From Macrostomum lignano (lineage: Eukaryota), in contig NIVC01001145.1 in assembly GCA_002269645.1 (NCBI GenBank), forward strand, positions 186,001 through 250,000: DNA of 64,000 bases, in the 5' to 3' direction. Numbering within the stretch: position 1 is the stretch's first letter; the number at the start of each line of letters is the position of its first letter. This document shows positions 14,501 to 27,605 of the stretch, one piece after another. The position numbers were made by a program, and so were the translations under genes. Below the pieces are notes generated by a model. The model was not told the origin of the DNA. It worked only from the letters and a program-made list of their open reading frames with translations, and made no database searches.

Positions 14501-15634
14501 AGGCACTATGACAGACACTATGACAGACACTATGACAGGCACTATGACAGACACTATGACACACTATGACAGACACTATGACAGGCACTATGACAGGCAC
14601 TATGACACACTATGACAGACACTATGACAGGCACTATGACAGGCACTATGACAAACACTTTGAGAGGCACCATATTTTTTTCTTTATAATTGCTTGCATT
14701 GCAGAAAAGTGACAAATTTTTACTGACAATTAAACTGTTGATAAGCCATGCAGTCTTGTGTTCTAACTTTTACAGTTGCTAAATTCTAAGAATTTCTGTT
14801 TCAATTCAAAAGAAAAGGGGCAATTTTATGAAGGCCTATAATTATGCCTCTCGTGGGTACAGGATAGCGTGCTTAGGAGAATTCATTTTTTATAAGGCGC
14901 AGACGCAGAAACAGGCAACAGGCCAGGAGACTAAGAAGTGGGACTAGGCTGCTTCAACAACAGAAACTACAGAATACAGATAGATATTAGACAAACCAGA
15001 AAATGAACTAGGATTAAGAAGAGAGAATATTTTATCGCCTGTAATTTCGCTTGTTTTATTTGTCTCGTTAGTTTTGTTATAATTGTACTGGAGTTGTTGT
15101 AAAACGAAACAGAGAGAATATAAAATTGAAATGAAAAGAAATGAATTGGGAGAGGCAGAGAGAGTGAAAGAGAAGGGGGCCAACTGCAATGTTTCCATAT
15201 TAGCTTAGAGAATAAAAACGCAGAGTTATGGAAGATTACACAATTATGTTATTACATTGTCTCTGTCAGACAGAATGGCGCTTGTTATAGTTGGAACAGG
15301 TGTTTTTGTAAAGCATTTTATAACATTTGCTACACTATCTGTTCTGGCCGTCAGAGAGTTCTGCAACAAATATTGCCATTTCTAAATTTTCCAAATCTTT
15401 CAATCTAGGAGAGGGCATAGGGGTCGAGCCGAAGCCGAAGGAAGGTCACCTGACCTCGATCCCTTAAAACAAATCCTGGTTCTCCGTCGCTTACCTTCCC
15501 GATTTTGTTATAACCATCTCTGTGCCCAAGTTGTAAAATTGTTGCCACAATTTCGAATCCTCCAAAACAGCTTTCGGTCCCGCAATCGATTCCTGTTGAC
15601 CGGTTTTTGGAGTTGTCAACTCGCAGGGATGCAT
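8518..15634 (-). CDS. tbx2/3: T-box transcription factor, Tbx2/3 (omb)-like, with C-terminal eh1 motif; about 392 aa
   Basis: Exons on the minus strand: 15634-15495, 14257-13990, 13096-12947, 12855-12773, 11970-11792, 8876-8518. All introns are GT-AG with consistent phases (2,0,0,2,1). T-box motifs: [92 protein letters not shown]. The protein ends FSIDEIMSS*. Subfamily assignment is from remembered similarity only. Confidence 0.93.
8940..9345. repeat. Degenerate ~34-bp repeat (GGGTGAGATTCT...GGATGAGATTCTC) in the last T-box intron
   Basis: GAGATTCT recurs at regular spacing. Confidence 0.8.
9388..9580. mobile_element. 193-bp MITE, PIF/Harbinger-like
   Basis: Perfect 18-bp TIRs GGGCCGTATGCAGAAAGC / GCTTTCTGCATACGGCCC, flanked by a 3-bp direct repeat ATT (9385-9387 and 9581-9583). 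Confidence 0.8.
10252..10845. repeat. 16-bp minisatellite TGAAGTTTAGGTCTTG in T-box intron 5
   Basis: Read directly. Confidence 0.95.
12019..12740. repeat. 25/22-bp minisatellite ATCTGAATC(CAC)GAGTTGGAAACCA filling T-box intron 4
   Basis: Occupies about 720 nt of an 802-nt intron. Confidence 0.96.
13150..13870. repeat. 20-bp minisatellite GCTGTGAAAATGACATCCTG filling T-box intron 2
   Basis: Occupies about 720 nt of an 893-nt intron. Confidence 0.96.
14339..14670. repeat. 12-bp minisatellite GACAGGCACTAT in T-box intron 1
   Basis: Read directly. Confidence 0.95.
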
Positions 15635-16183
15635 TTCCTAGTATTCGGAAATAATCAAAATTTGTTTAAACTTAATTCTTTGATATTTAGCTCATGTGTG
15701 TGTGTGCAACTCGAGGAGAGGTCTTGGACGATAATTCAGAATCGAGCATTTCTAAATAAACGAAATGAACATTGGGGTGACAAATTATGAAAACGGAAAA
15801 TTTATCCAACCAGAAAACAGGCCGGCCGCTCATTGGCTGACTGAGGTGTCTAAAAAAACGCCCCCCACCCCCGACAAAGCGAATCAAACACCTCCTGCCC
15901 GAGGAGGGGGGACCCACAAGTTTTTTTTGGCCCGCCAGTGCACCACCAACTGGAGCGGAAGAAGGGGCGGTGTGGGTGGTGTGGGGATTAGGGGTGGCCC
16001 TCCGTTTACCGCCTTCCAGTTTTGCGACACATTGGCGCCAATGCCCCCCACACTTTGACACTATCATAAAGACGCCATTTATAAATTCGCTTTTGTTGTT
16101 AGAGCTGGGCGGGATGCGACAAGGACGTCTAAGTTTTAGCAACTGGATTGGAACAACCCATTGGAAATGTTTTAAATGAGCGT

Positions 16184-17635
16184 TTGACTCTGGAATGAGT
16201 GTTTCCCATGTTTAAACTGGGCATTTCGATTCTGGAATGAGTGTTTCCTGTGTTTAAACTGGGCATTTCGATTCTGGAATGAGTGTTTCCTGTGTTTTTA
16301 AACTGGGCGTTTCCATACTGGAATGAGTGTTTCCCGTGTTTAAACTGGGCGTTTCGATTCTGGAATGAGTTGTTTCCCGTGTTTAAACTGGGCATTTCGA
16401 TTCTGGAATGAGTTGTTTCCCGTGTTTAAACTGGGCATTTCGATTCTGGAATGAGTGTTTCCTGTGTTTAAACTGGGCATTTCGATTCTGGAATGAGTTG
16501 TTTCCCGTGTTTAAACTGGGCATTTCGATTCTGGAATGAGTGTTTCCTGTGTTTAAACTGGGCATTTCGATTCTGGAATGAGTGTTTCCCGTGTTTAAAC
16601 TGGGCATTTCGATTCTGGAATGAGTTGTTTCCCGTGTTTAAACCGGGCATTTCGATTCTGGAATGAGTGTTTCCCGTGTTTAAACTGGGCATTTCGATTC
16701 TGGAATGAGTGTTTCCCGTGTTTAAACTGGGCATTTCGATTCTGGAATGAGTGTTTCCCGTGTTTAAACTGGGCATTTCGATTCTGGAATGAGTGTTTCC
16801 CGTGTTTAAACTGGGCATTTCGATTCTGGAATGAGTGTTTCCCGTGTTTAAACTGGGCATTTCGATTCTGGAATGAGTGTTTCCCGTGTTTAAACTGGGC
16901 ATTTCGATTCTGGAATGAGTGTTTCCCGTGTTTAAACTGGGCATTTCGATTCTGGAATGAGTGTTTCCTATGTTTAAACTGGGCATTTCGATTCTGGAAT
17001 GAGTGTTTCCCGTGTTTAAACTGGGCATTTCGATTCTGGAATGAGTGTTTCCCGTGTTTAAACTGGGCATTTCGATTCTGGAATGAGTGTTTCCCGTGTT
17101 TAAACTGGGCATTTCGATTCTGGAATGAGTGTTTCCTATGTTTAAACTGGGCATTTCGATTCTGGAATGAGTGTTTCCTGTGTTTAAACTGGGCATTTCG
17201 ATTCTGGAATGAGTGTTTCCCGTGTTTAAACTGGGCATTTCGATTCTGGAATGAGTGTTTCCCGTGTTTAAACTGGGCATTTCGATTCTGGAATGAGTGT
17301 TTCCTATGTTTAAACTGGGCATTTCGATTCTGGAATGAGTGTTTCCTGTGTTTAAACTGGGCATTTCGATTCTGGAATGAGTGTTTCATGTGTTTAAACT
17401 GAGCGTTTCGACTCTGGAATGAGTGTTTCCTGTGTTTAAAATGGGCATTTCGATTCTGGAATGAGTGTTTCCTGTGTTTAAACTGGGCATTTCGATTCTG
17501 GAATGAGTGTTTCCCGTGTTTAAACTGGGCATTTCGATTCTGGAATGAGTGTTTCCCGTGTTTAAACTGGGCATTTCGATTCTGGAATGAGTGTTTCCCG
17601 TGTTTAAACTGGGCGTTTCGATTCTGGAATTAGTT
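16184..17635. repeat. 42-bp minisatellite GTTTAAACTGGGCATTTCGATTCTGGAATGAGTGTTTCCCGT
   Basis: About 34 highly homogeneous units, matching the 14-aa periodic pseudo-ORFs. Confidence 0.97.
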
Positions 17636-18599
17636 TCCAAAACTAATTTTTTAGTTTCCAGTCCAACTGGTGCAAACTCTATAGGAGTCCCTGGTCAGTT
17701 GAGCTAAAATGATACCCAGCTCAAGACTCACATTTTACTTACTATCAGAGAAGGCAATAAATAATAGTGCATATATATGCATATGGTGAGAGAAAACTCG
17801 TTTGTCTTTTGTCAAAAAAAAATTGACGCCAAAGAGAGTTTAAAAAAGCCTTCTTGAAGCAAGTTGGGACAAGAACAGAACAGAAGCACAGGAGCAGACG
17901 AATTCGCTTGCTTTAGTTTAGTTTTGGTCTGCTGTGAGTCCGTTTGGCGCCGAGAATTCTGTCACGAATCCAACGCAGAAAAAAATGTTCGCGCTTGTTG
18001 GGAGGGAGCGAACGCGTCTTAATACGAAAATATAACAGACAGCAGCAGCCTGACAATGCCCCACCCCCCTCTCTCAACTCTCAAAAATCATTTTGGCGCC
18101 AGCCAGTCTTGGCGGCGGTTTAAGCAAAAGAAATCTGTCTCCACACACAGCAGATATGCGCTGCTGCTGCTGCTGCGGCTGCATTTTCTCTCCTCCTTGG
18201 GGGTTGGGGGTGGCAGACATGCCCCGTATGCAGAAAAAAGCCACGGCAATTGCTGCTTCTTCTTGTTGCTATACTGTAGTGGGGCTCCCTGCATGCGATG
18301 GCACCGCACCGCCACCTCCCCTCCTCCCTCATGTCTTGACTTGGCGGGACTGCAAGTGTCTGCGTGCAGTGCCGGTAGCCAGCCAGTTGTCTGTAAGCTG
18401 CCAGCGTCACACTTTCTGAGAAATAGAAAAAAACTCAAGCAAACACCTCACTGTATTGGTTGAATACTCTGCTCTCAAGTGCCTGCTCAGTTTTTATTTT
18501 GCTTTGTCACTTTTCGGCGCTAAATAATAGCCGCATGGGCTGATCTATGCATTTTTCAACAATCTATGATTTTCCCGAGGAATAAAACTCGACGCTGCG

Positions 18600-19425
18600 T
18601 ATAGTATCTACCCAGATACTTTAGTATCTACCCAGATACTTTAGTATCTACCCAGATACTTTAGTATCTACCCAGATACTTTAGTATCTACCCACATACC
18701 TTAGTATCTACCCACATACCTTAGTATCTACCCAGATACTTTAGTATCTACCCACATACCTTAGTATCTACCCAGATACCTTTAGTATCTACCCACATAC
18801 CTTAGTATCTACCCAGATACCTTAATATCTACACAGATACCTTAGTATCTACCCAGATACCTTAGTATCTACCCACATACCTTAGTATCTACCCAGATAC
18901 CTTAGTATCTACCCACATACCTTAATATCTACGCAGATACCTTAGTATCTACCCACATACCTTAATATCTACGCAGATACCTTAGTATCTACCCAGATAC
19001 CTTAATATCTACCCACATACGTTAATATCTACCCACATACCTTAGTATCTACCCACATACCTTAGTGTCTACCCACATACCCTAATATCTACCCAGATAC
19101 CTTAGTATCTACCCAGATACCTTAATATCTACCCACATACGTTAATATCTACCCACATACCTTAGTATCTACCCACATACCTTAGTATCTACCCAGATAC
19201 CTTAATATCTACATGTACACAGATACCTTAGTATCTACCCAGATACCTTAGTATCTACCCAGATACTTTAGTATCTACCCAGATACCTTAGTATCTACCC
19301 ACATACCTTAATATCTAATCAGATACCTTAATATCTACCCAGATACCTTAGTATCTACCCAGATACCTTAGTATCTGCCCACATACCTTAGTATCTACCC
19401 AGATACTTTAGTATCTACCCACATA
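18600..19425. repeat. 20-bp minisatellite TAGTATCTACCCAGATACCT
   Basis: Read directly. Confidence 0.96.
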
Positions 19426-19772
19426 CTCCCATAGAATCTCCCATAGAGATTCTCCCATAGAGATTCTCCCATAGAGATTCCCACAGAGATTCTCCCACAG
19501 AGATTCTCCCATGCCCACAGAGATCTGAGATTCTCCTATAGAGATTCTCCCACAGAAACTCTCCCATAGAGCTTCTTCCATAGAAACTCTCCCATAGAGA
19601 TTCTCCCATAGAAACTCTCCTATAGAGATTCTCCCATAGAAACTCTCCCATAGAGATTCTCCCATAGAAACTCTCTCATAGAGATTCTCCGATGGAAACT
19701 CTCCCATAGAGATTCTCCCATGGAAACTCTCCCATAGAGATTCTCTCATGGAAACTCTCCCATAGAGATTCT
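19426..19772. repeat. 14-bp minisatellite CTCCCATAGAGATT abutting the previous array
   Basis: Read directly. Confidence 0.93.
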
Positions 19773-20200
19773 GTTTCAAGCCACCGGTGCTGTAACTTTA
19801 TTTATAGTACTTTCACAGAAAAATACGTTTTGCGTATCTAATGTTTGTAGGTGAGTAGAAGTAGAAGTTGCAGAAAAGTCAGGATCACACCGTATTTACC
19901 CCGCTGCTCGCTCTCAGAGTGGCCACTTCGTGTGCTCTGTGGGTCAATTGAGAAACTCACAACACTCATTCATAGCTCGTACAGCCTATTTTGCATGATT
20001 TATGATGCATGACTGTATACATGTATATTGCAATAGTTTTGTTCGTCCTCTCTCCTTCTCTCCCTCAGCAGCGGCTATAGCAAGGAATTCCAGAACCAAA
20101 AATATGGAATGAGTGTAGCAAATCTCAACTCAACCACAGACCCTCATCTGTCGACCAATTGAGGCTGACTTTATCTTCGATTAGGTTGAAACCAAAATTG

Positions 20201-22545
20201 TGTCGGAGATGAGAAGTGTTGGAGATGTGAAGTGTCGGAGATGTGAAGTGTCGGAGATATGAAGTGTCGGAGATATGAAGTGTCGGAGATGTGAAGTGTC
20301 GGAGATGTGAAGTGTCAGAGATGTGAAGTGTCGGAGATGTGAAGTGCGGAGATGTGAAGTGTCGGAGATGTGAAGTGTCGGAGATATGAAGTGTCGGAGA
20401 TATGAAGTGTCGGAGATGTGAAGTGTCGGAGATGTGAAGTGTCGGAGATGTGAAGTGTCGGAGATGAGAAGTGTCGGAGATGTGAAGTGTCGGAGATGTG
20501 AAGTGTCGGAGATGAGAAGTGTCGGAGATATGAAGTGTCGGAGATATGAAGTGTCGGAGATGAGAAGTGTCGGAGATGTGAAGTGTCGGAGATATGAAGT
20601 GTCAGAGATGAGAAGTGTCGGAGATATGAAGTGTCAGAGATATGAAGTGTCGGAGATGTGAAGTGTCGGAGATGTGAAGTGTCGGAGATGTGAAGTGTCG
20701 GAGATGAGAAGTGTCGGATATGTGAAGTGTCGGAGATGAGAAGTGTCGGAGATATGAAGTGTCGGAGATGTGAAGTGTCGGAGATGTGAAGTGTCGGAGA
20801 TATGAAGTGTCGGAGATATGAAGTGTCAGAGATGTGAAGTGTCGGAGATGAGAAGTGTCGGAGATGTGAAGTGTCGGAGATGTGAAGTGTCAGAGATGAG
20901 AAGTGTCGGAGATATGAAGTGTCAGAGATATGAAGTGTCGGAGATGTGAAGTGTCGGAGATATGAAGTGTCGGAGATGTGAAGTGTCGGAGATGAGAAGT
21001 GTCGGAGATATGAAGTGTCAGAGATATGAAGTGTCGGAGATGTGAAGTGTCGGAGATGTGAAGTGTCGGAGATATGAAGTGTCAGAGATATGAAGTGTCA
21101 GAGATATGAAGTGTCGGAGATGTGAAGTGTCGGAGATGTGAAGTGTCGGAGATATGAAGTGTCGGAGATATGAAGTGTCGGAGATGAGAAGTGTCGGAGA
21201 TGTGAAGTGTCGGAGATATGAAGTGTCGGAGATATGAAGTGTCGGAGATGAGAAGTGTCGGAGATGTGAAGTGTCGGAGATGTGAAGTGTCAGAGATGAG
21301 AAGTGTCGGAGATATGAAGTGTCAGAGATATGAAGTGTCGGAGATGTGAAGTGTCGGAGATGTGAAGTGTCGGAGATGTGAAGTGTCAGAGATGTGAAGT
21401 GTCGGAGATGTGAAGTGTCAGAGATGTGAAGTGTCGGAGATGTGAAGTGTCGAGAGATATGAAGTGTCGGAGATATGATGTGTCGGAGATATGAAGTGTC
21501 AGAGATGTGAAGTGTCAGAGATGTGAAGTGTCGGAGATATGAAGTGTCGGAGATATGAAGTGTCAGAGATGTGAAGTGTCAGAGATGTGAAGTGTCGGAG
21601 ATATGAAGTGTCAGAGATGTGAAGTGTCAGAGATGTGAAGTGTCGGAGATGTGAAGTGTCGGAGATGTAAAGTGTCGGAGATGTAAAGTGTCGGAGAGGT
21701 GAAGTGCGGAGATGTGAAGTGTCGGAGATGTGAAGTGTCGGAGATGTGAAGTGTCGGAGATGTGAAGTGTCGGAGATGAGAAGTGTAGGAGATGTGAAGT
21801 GTCGGAGATATGAAGTGTCGGAGATGTAAAGTGTCGGAGATGAGAAGTGTCGGAGATGTAAAGTGTCGGAGATATGAAGTGTCGGAGATATGAAGTGTCG
21901 GAGATATGAAGTGTCGGAGATGTGAAGTGTCGGAGATGTGAAGTGTCGAAGATGTGAAGTGTCGGAGATGTGAAGTGTCGGAGATGTGAAGTGTCGGAGA
22001 TATGAAGTGTCAGAGATGTGAAGTGTCGGAGATGTGAAGTGTCAGAGATGTGAAGTGTCGGAGATGAGAAGTGTCGGAGATGAGAAGTGTCGGAGATGTG
22101 AAGTGTCGGAGATATGAAGTGTCGGAGATGTGAAGTGTCGGAGATGTGAAGTGTCGGAGATGTGAAGTGTCGGAGATATGAAGTGTCGGAGATATGAGGT
22201 GTCGGAGATATGAAGTGTCGGAGATATGAAGTGTCGGAGATATGAAGTGTCGGAGATATGAAGTGTCGGAGATGTGAAGTGTCGGAGATATGAAGTGTCG
22301 GAGATATGAAGTGTCGGAGATATGAAGTGTCGGAGATATGAAGTGTCGGAGATATGAAATGTCGGAGATATGAAGTGTCGGAGATATGAAGTGTCGGAGA
22401 TATGAAGTGTCGGAGATATGAAGTGTCGGAGATATGAAGTGTCGGAGATATGAAATGTCGGAGATATGAAGTGTCGGAGATATGAAGTGTCGGAGATATG
22501 AAGTGTCGGAGATATGAAGTGTCGGAGATATGAAGTGTCGGAGAT
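20201..22545. repeat. 16-bp minisatellite GTGTCGGAGATGTGAA, the largest array in the window
   Basis: About 145 units with G/A variants. Confidence 0.97.
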
Positions 22546-22977
22546 TTAACTCTCAATCAGCCTAAAGTTGTCCGAGAATTAAATGTGGCAGGGTCTATCT
22601 GTGTGGCCGGCCGCTGTTTAACAATGCTGGCGCCAGCGGGACGCGGTGCGGCACGCATATGCTCTCCTGTCAAACCGGCAGCGCGACAGTCTCGGAGTTC
22701 GGTGTTGGGCAAATGCTAAAAGACTTGACGCATTCAAGCAAGCAGGGTGTGTTGGGGCTGGGGTTTTAAATTAAATTTGTAGAGTCTTGCTCACAGATTT
22801 ATTGTTTATACACGCACACTCGCTTTGTTGGCAGAATTTAGCGGTCTTTGGACTCCTGAGGGTGCAAGTAGAAGTTTTGTTTTCTTGGGTAAAGTTTACC
22901 TATGCACCGTTGCTTTGGAAAATATGTCTTAATGCTGGGGTAATACGCTCGTATAGGCTGGTGGGGTAAGCCAAGTT

Positions 22978-23283
22978 AGGTAGTAGGTTGTAGGTAAGTA
23001 GGTAGGTAGGCAGGTAGGTAGGTAGTTAGGTAGGTAGGTAGGTAGCCAGGTAGGTAGGTAGGTAGGTAGGTAGCCAGGTAGGTAGGTAGGTAGGTAGGTA
23101 GGTAGGTAGGTAGGTAGGTAGGTAGCCAGGTAGCCAGGTAGGTGGGTAGGTAGGTAGGTAGGTAGGTAGGTAGGTAGCCAGGTAGGTAGGTAGGTAGATA
23201 GGTAGGTAGGTAGGTAGGTAGATAGGTAGGTAGGTAGGTAGGTAGGTAGGTAGCCAGGTAGGTAGGTAGGTAGATAGGTAGGT
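22978..23283. repeat. (GGTA)n microsatellite
   Basis: Read directly. Confidence 0.97.
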
Positions 23284-25049
23284 CGGCATTGACGAGTCAA
23301 ACAGTTCGGGCCTGTTCGGTTAAGATTTTACTTAGTCACCTCAAATACAAGCAAGGTGAGGGTCTAGTAAGTAAGGAAGATAGATACAGATAAGGGCAAG
23401 TATTCAAAAGAAGAAGCAAGGTGGAGCGGAGGCCTGCTTTTTCTAGAAGGTTAGGGTGAGAGTTTTGGCGCCAGTAGGGTTTTTGAGCCATGAGGGGGTG
23501 GTAGCCAATTGTCACTATAGTTGAGGCAAGTTTGACAACAATGAAAACCGGCAAACTGAATGAAACCCCCCCTTATGATCATTATTTATGGCTTGTTATA
23601 TCTTTCAAAACAGTCATGCCAGACGACAGGGGGCGTGCAAATATGCTTTATTTATAAATTAGACCATGAGCTAAAACATCTCCAGCTAAACTTGATGATG
23701 AATTGAAATCTATTCCAAAACAAACAGGAGAGACGAGTCCAAAATATTTCTTTTTTAACGCATCAAAAGCTGCTTCTCTTTGTCGGCGGCGGCAGTGGCG
23801 GCGCCAGCGGCAGATGGCGCAGACACGCAAGCAGGCAGGCAAGGCCCAAGTCAATTTGGGGTGGAGGAGGGTGTGAAAGGGTCGCATTGTGCTGTGGCTT
23901 GCCTGCCAATTTTGGCGCCGGTTAGTCTGGCGCTGGTTGAAGTTGGAGTTGGAGTTGGCGCCTTAACCCCGTGTTAATTATTGGTGTAAGAGCTAGACAG
24001 CAACTCCCACCATCTCGTGTCAAATAGTTGCTCCGGTGACAGTTTTATGCATGCATAATGGTATAGTGGCCTACTTGAGTTGAGATTCCAGTCCGGCATC
24101 AAAACATGTACACCAAGGGTCGGCAAACTTAAGGCCCAGATTGAGCATGCAGAGAGAGAAAAGCTGGAAGGAATAGAGAAGAGAAAAAAGAGATTGGAGA
24201 TAGGAAATTAAAAGGCGATGGAATAAGGAAGAAAAGAGGGGGGAGAAAGGATAGGATAGGAGAGAGAAAGGAGATCAAGAGAGGAGAGGAGAGGTCCTTT
24301 CCTTTAAAACTTCACAATACAATTTTAGTGCTAATAAAAACGATACACCATGAAAATAAAAAATTTACTAACGCGCTCGCTTACCCATTTTTTGTATGTT
24401 ATTCCAGTCCTTTACCCCAGCAGGCACTTGAAAATCTCAACTCTCAACTCTCCGCAACTCGGAGAAATGCAAGACCGTATTACCGTTAATTACATTGGTG
24501 GCAGCTTTCACGCTACTCATAGTAGAAATACAAGAAACTCAAAGTTAAGCCTACATCGCGTCAAGGCTAGCCTACAGACCACTCGACGAAATATCTACAC
24601 TCCCCCGGAATTGAGGACCCCAGACGGAGTATTGATCATTTATTGAAATTTTAACGTGTACTCTGCGCAGAATTTCCGGGTTGCATGGAACGCGTGAATT
24701 TGAACCCATTACCACGGAGTTGATTCTTCTTTCTTATAGTTAGTTATAAAAAGCCTGCCTTTACAAACAGTATATATCAAGACCTGTCCTCTCATATTCT
24801 TTCTTATGCTTATTTAGAAACGAAAGTTCCTAGCGATCCTCCTAAAACTAAAATGTGCAGAGTTTACACTTTTAAATCGTTTTTTGTCGACAAAATTTGT
24901 CAGATTTTTTTACTTTTATATGTTTTACAAATAGAATATTTTATTACTTTCAAAGATGCAATTTTGAGTAAGCTACTTGTGAGGGATTTCTTGGTAAAGC
25001 CCCTAAAGGCCAAACGCTTATCAAGATTATATATATTAAGACCACAGAG

Positions 25050-26310
25050 GGGAGGCCCCTGCGCCAACGCGCTCACAGAATAGGCGGGAGGGGCAGGCAG
25101 CAGCAGCCTAAGCAGCTCAAGCTCCTGAAAGTCTCAGCGCTGAACCAGTCCGTTAGAGTGGCAGTGCGGGCCTGGTCACGATTGCTCGGTCGGCCGATGC
25201 AACAGGGCCAGGGCCAGAGGGACGGGCGCTCCGCGGCCCAGGGTCCGTAGGCAGTGGCCCAGCAGCATCTGGCGACGCCGGCGCAGCGTAGCGCTCAGGG
25301 GCAGAGTTCCAGCGCGGGCCATCAGAGCGTTGGTCGGCAGGCGTTCCGGGTGGTGTACGCATAGCACAGCAGCGATCGGTAGAGCGCATCCAGGGCTCGC
25401 TCTCGCGTCTCGGTCAGCGGCACAGCCTCCATGCCGTACAGCAGGATCGGCTCGACGGCCGCGCGGAATAGGCGCACTTTCAGCAGGTCGTCTCTGGCAG
25501 CTCAATTGAAGACGTTCCTGAGGAGATGCGCGGCGCGCCAGGCCTGGTTCGGAAACAATCGCATCGGGGTCGTCGCACACCGCGATACGGTCTCCATTGG
25601 GCAGCGTGAGAGTTGGGGCGGTATTCGTGCCCACGTGCAGCGCAGCTTAGTCTTGCAAGCGTTCACCAGCAGCCCAAAACGGGCGCCCTCGCCGCAGAGC
25701 CTTGTGAGAGCGCTCTGGGCAGCAGCTGGATCGCGGCAGAGCAGCGCGTGATGTCGTCAGCATACGCTATAGAGCGGGAAGCGAAAAACAGCAGGGTGTC
25801 TGGAGCTTTCGGCGTGAGACCAGCAAGTTAGCTGTCATCCTCGCGGAGGGACCGACGATCGGAAGCACGTCCATAAACACGAGGAAGAGCAGAGGCAGAG
25901 CTGAGCCGGCGTGTCGCTGAAGGACGCCTGAGCTGGTGCCGAACACTTCTGTGGGGCCGTCGCTCGACATGACAATTGACAAAAGCCATGGAGTCGCGGT
26001 AGAGGTCCATCACCGCGCTCACCAGCGCAGCAGGTACGCCATAATTTGAGATAGAAGCCACGCGATCGCAGGCCTGGACACCGAGTCAAACGCGCCTTTG
26101 CGAAGTCGACGAAAGATGATTGACACGGAGCGTTGGCGGGTCTTACAGGCCTCGATGACAGAACGGATGGTTGTAAACTGTTCAGTAGTGGACCTGCCCG
26201 GACGGAAGCCGCTTTGGAGGCTCAGCAGCGAGCAGTGGATGAAGGCCGGGCGGAAGAGGTGGTTGCGGTTGCGCAGAATCGTGTTCAGCAGCTAATTCGG
26301 AGTTGCAGTG
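25050..26310 (-). mobile_element. 5'-truncated, frameshifted non-LTR retrotransposon (RTE-like reverse transcriptase remnant)
   Basis: Minus-strand motifs across several frames: QSGFRPGRSTTEQ, a frameshifted VDF..AFDSV, YGVPAALVSAVMDLY, SSGVLQ, AYADDI (about 25750-25775), KVRLFRAAVEPILLYG, RRRRQMLLGHCLR. Clade assignment is tentative. Confidence 0.88.
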
Positions 26311-26608
26311 CATTCCAGCGCGATTTTTTCTGGTCTACGCCTAAGGGGGGGGGGCGCCCGCTTCCCCGCCCTCTTCCAAGATGGCGCCACTGATCATAGT
26401 TAAAATCAAAATCTCCAAATGGGATGTTAGAATAATATATAACGGATTATCACATTTCTCTGAAATGTTAGGGAAAACAAACTTGCACCTACAAAACTGA
26501 CATCTTACAATAAATTTCTACATGACTCAAAATATAGATTTTCAAAAAAACCGAGTTTAAAAATAAGCTTCACAATATATGCAACCAAGTTAATTTTTTT
26601 TTCAAAAA

Positions 26609-26872
26609 GTCATTTTGTCTGCCGTCTTGAGCAGTGGGCCCCGATCGATCGATCGACAAGTTGTGAATAAAAATGTACGCGAAAATTGGCGACGAAACCT
26701 CGTGGCGAATATTCATAATAGAAAAGTTAATTTGCCAGACATATTTTTTTGCAATGGCGAATTGTTTTTAAAAAAGATGTGATAGTGATTGGCCCCGTGA
26801 GTGGCCCAACCACCGCCACCGCGTCGTATCAATCATGGTCGTCTACGAATATAAGGCGGCAGACAAAATGAC
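26609..26872. mobile_element. Candidate MITE with 20-bp inverted repeats
   Basis: GTCATTTTGTCTGCCGTCTT (26609-26628) matches the reverse complement of AAGGCGGCAGACAAAATGAC (26853-26872) at 19/20. No TSD found. Confidence 0.5.
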
Positions 26873-27605
26873 CGCGTGCGCGTACCACTAGTTCTATAGG
26901 CATATTGTTCTTACATAATAAGACTTCATAGGCCCATGGCCATGGCCAATTGGCTGCTTTATTTTGCAACTCTTATTTCTATAAAGATTGAACAAAGCAT
27001 TTAATTGTTTATAATCCTATAGTATTGAAAGTAATTGATTTTCTAAATTCTAGGCCTATGTAATTTTCATAAATTCAAGTTTCTTATAGTTAGTTATAGG
27101 GCTAGTCTCTTGTCTTCTATTAACTGACCAATTTTTAGAAGCACTTTGTTGATCTCACAATTCTTAGGCCTATAAAAATATGAATTAGGCCTAGCTATCA
27201 CATTTGTCTAAACATGACTTTTGGCCACAGAGGCACATACTTAAATTTGCAACAGTAAAGGGGGCAGGGCAGGAGGGAAAGCATTAAAGCAGCGGTGTAG
27301 TGTAGCTAATTACAGGATAAATATTTTACTTTAGTCAACTTGCAATTTAGATTTAATCATTCAAGTGTTATAAATAGGCTTTTCACAAAGATTGGTTCTA
27401 GAGCTAGTATCAGTAGGAAAATAAAAAGTTTTGAACCTATTTGATGTTTGTAACTCTATCTCTAACTAGAAAAGTGCTTTGCCAACTTCTTATACTACTG
27501 TAGGTGACCCATTAGGCCTACTTTTATAATTTTATAGGCCTAATCTCCATACACAATACACTTCAAGTTCAAGTTTTGTTTTTAATAAAATAGGCCTAAT
27601 GTATG

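Noticed and set aside
18056-18463. Overlapping GC-rich ORFs on both strands upstream of the T-box gene
   Set aside because: No domain or coding bias; more likely regulatory or UTR sequence.
16129-22556. Periodic ORFs (MPSLNTGNTHSRIE; SPTLHISDTSYLRHFI) and CRISPR-like regularity
   Set aside because: Head-to-tail minisatellites without unique spacers; no cas genes; eukaryotic context.
22790-22970. Possible Penelope/GIY-YIG remnant on the minus strand ([10 protein letters not shown]..., CVYK)
   Set aside because: The similarity is faint and broken by stops and frameshifts; it cannot be supported without a search.
26341-26392. GGGGG...CAAGATGGCGCCACTG, resembling an hAT-MITE right end
   Set aside because: No matching left TIR or TSD was found.
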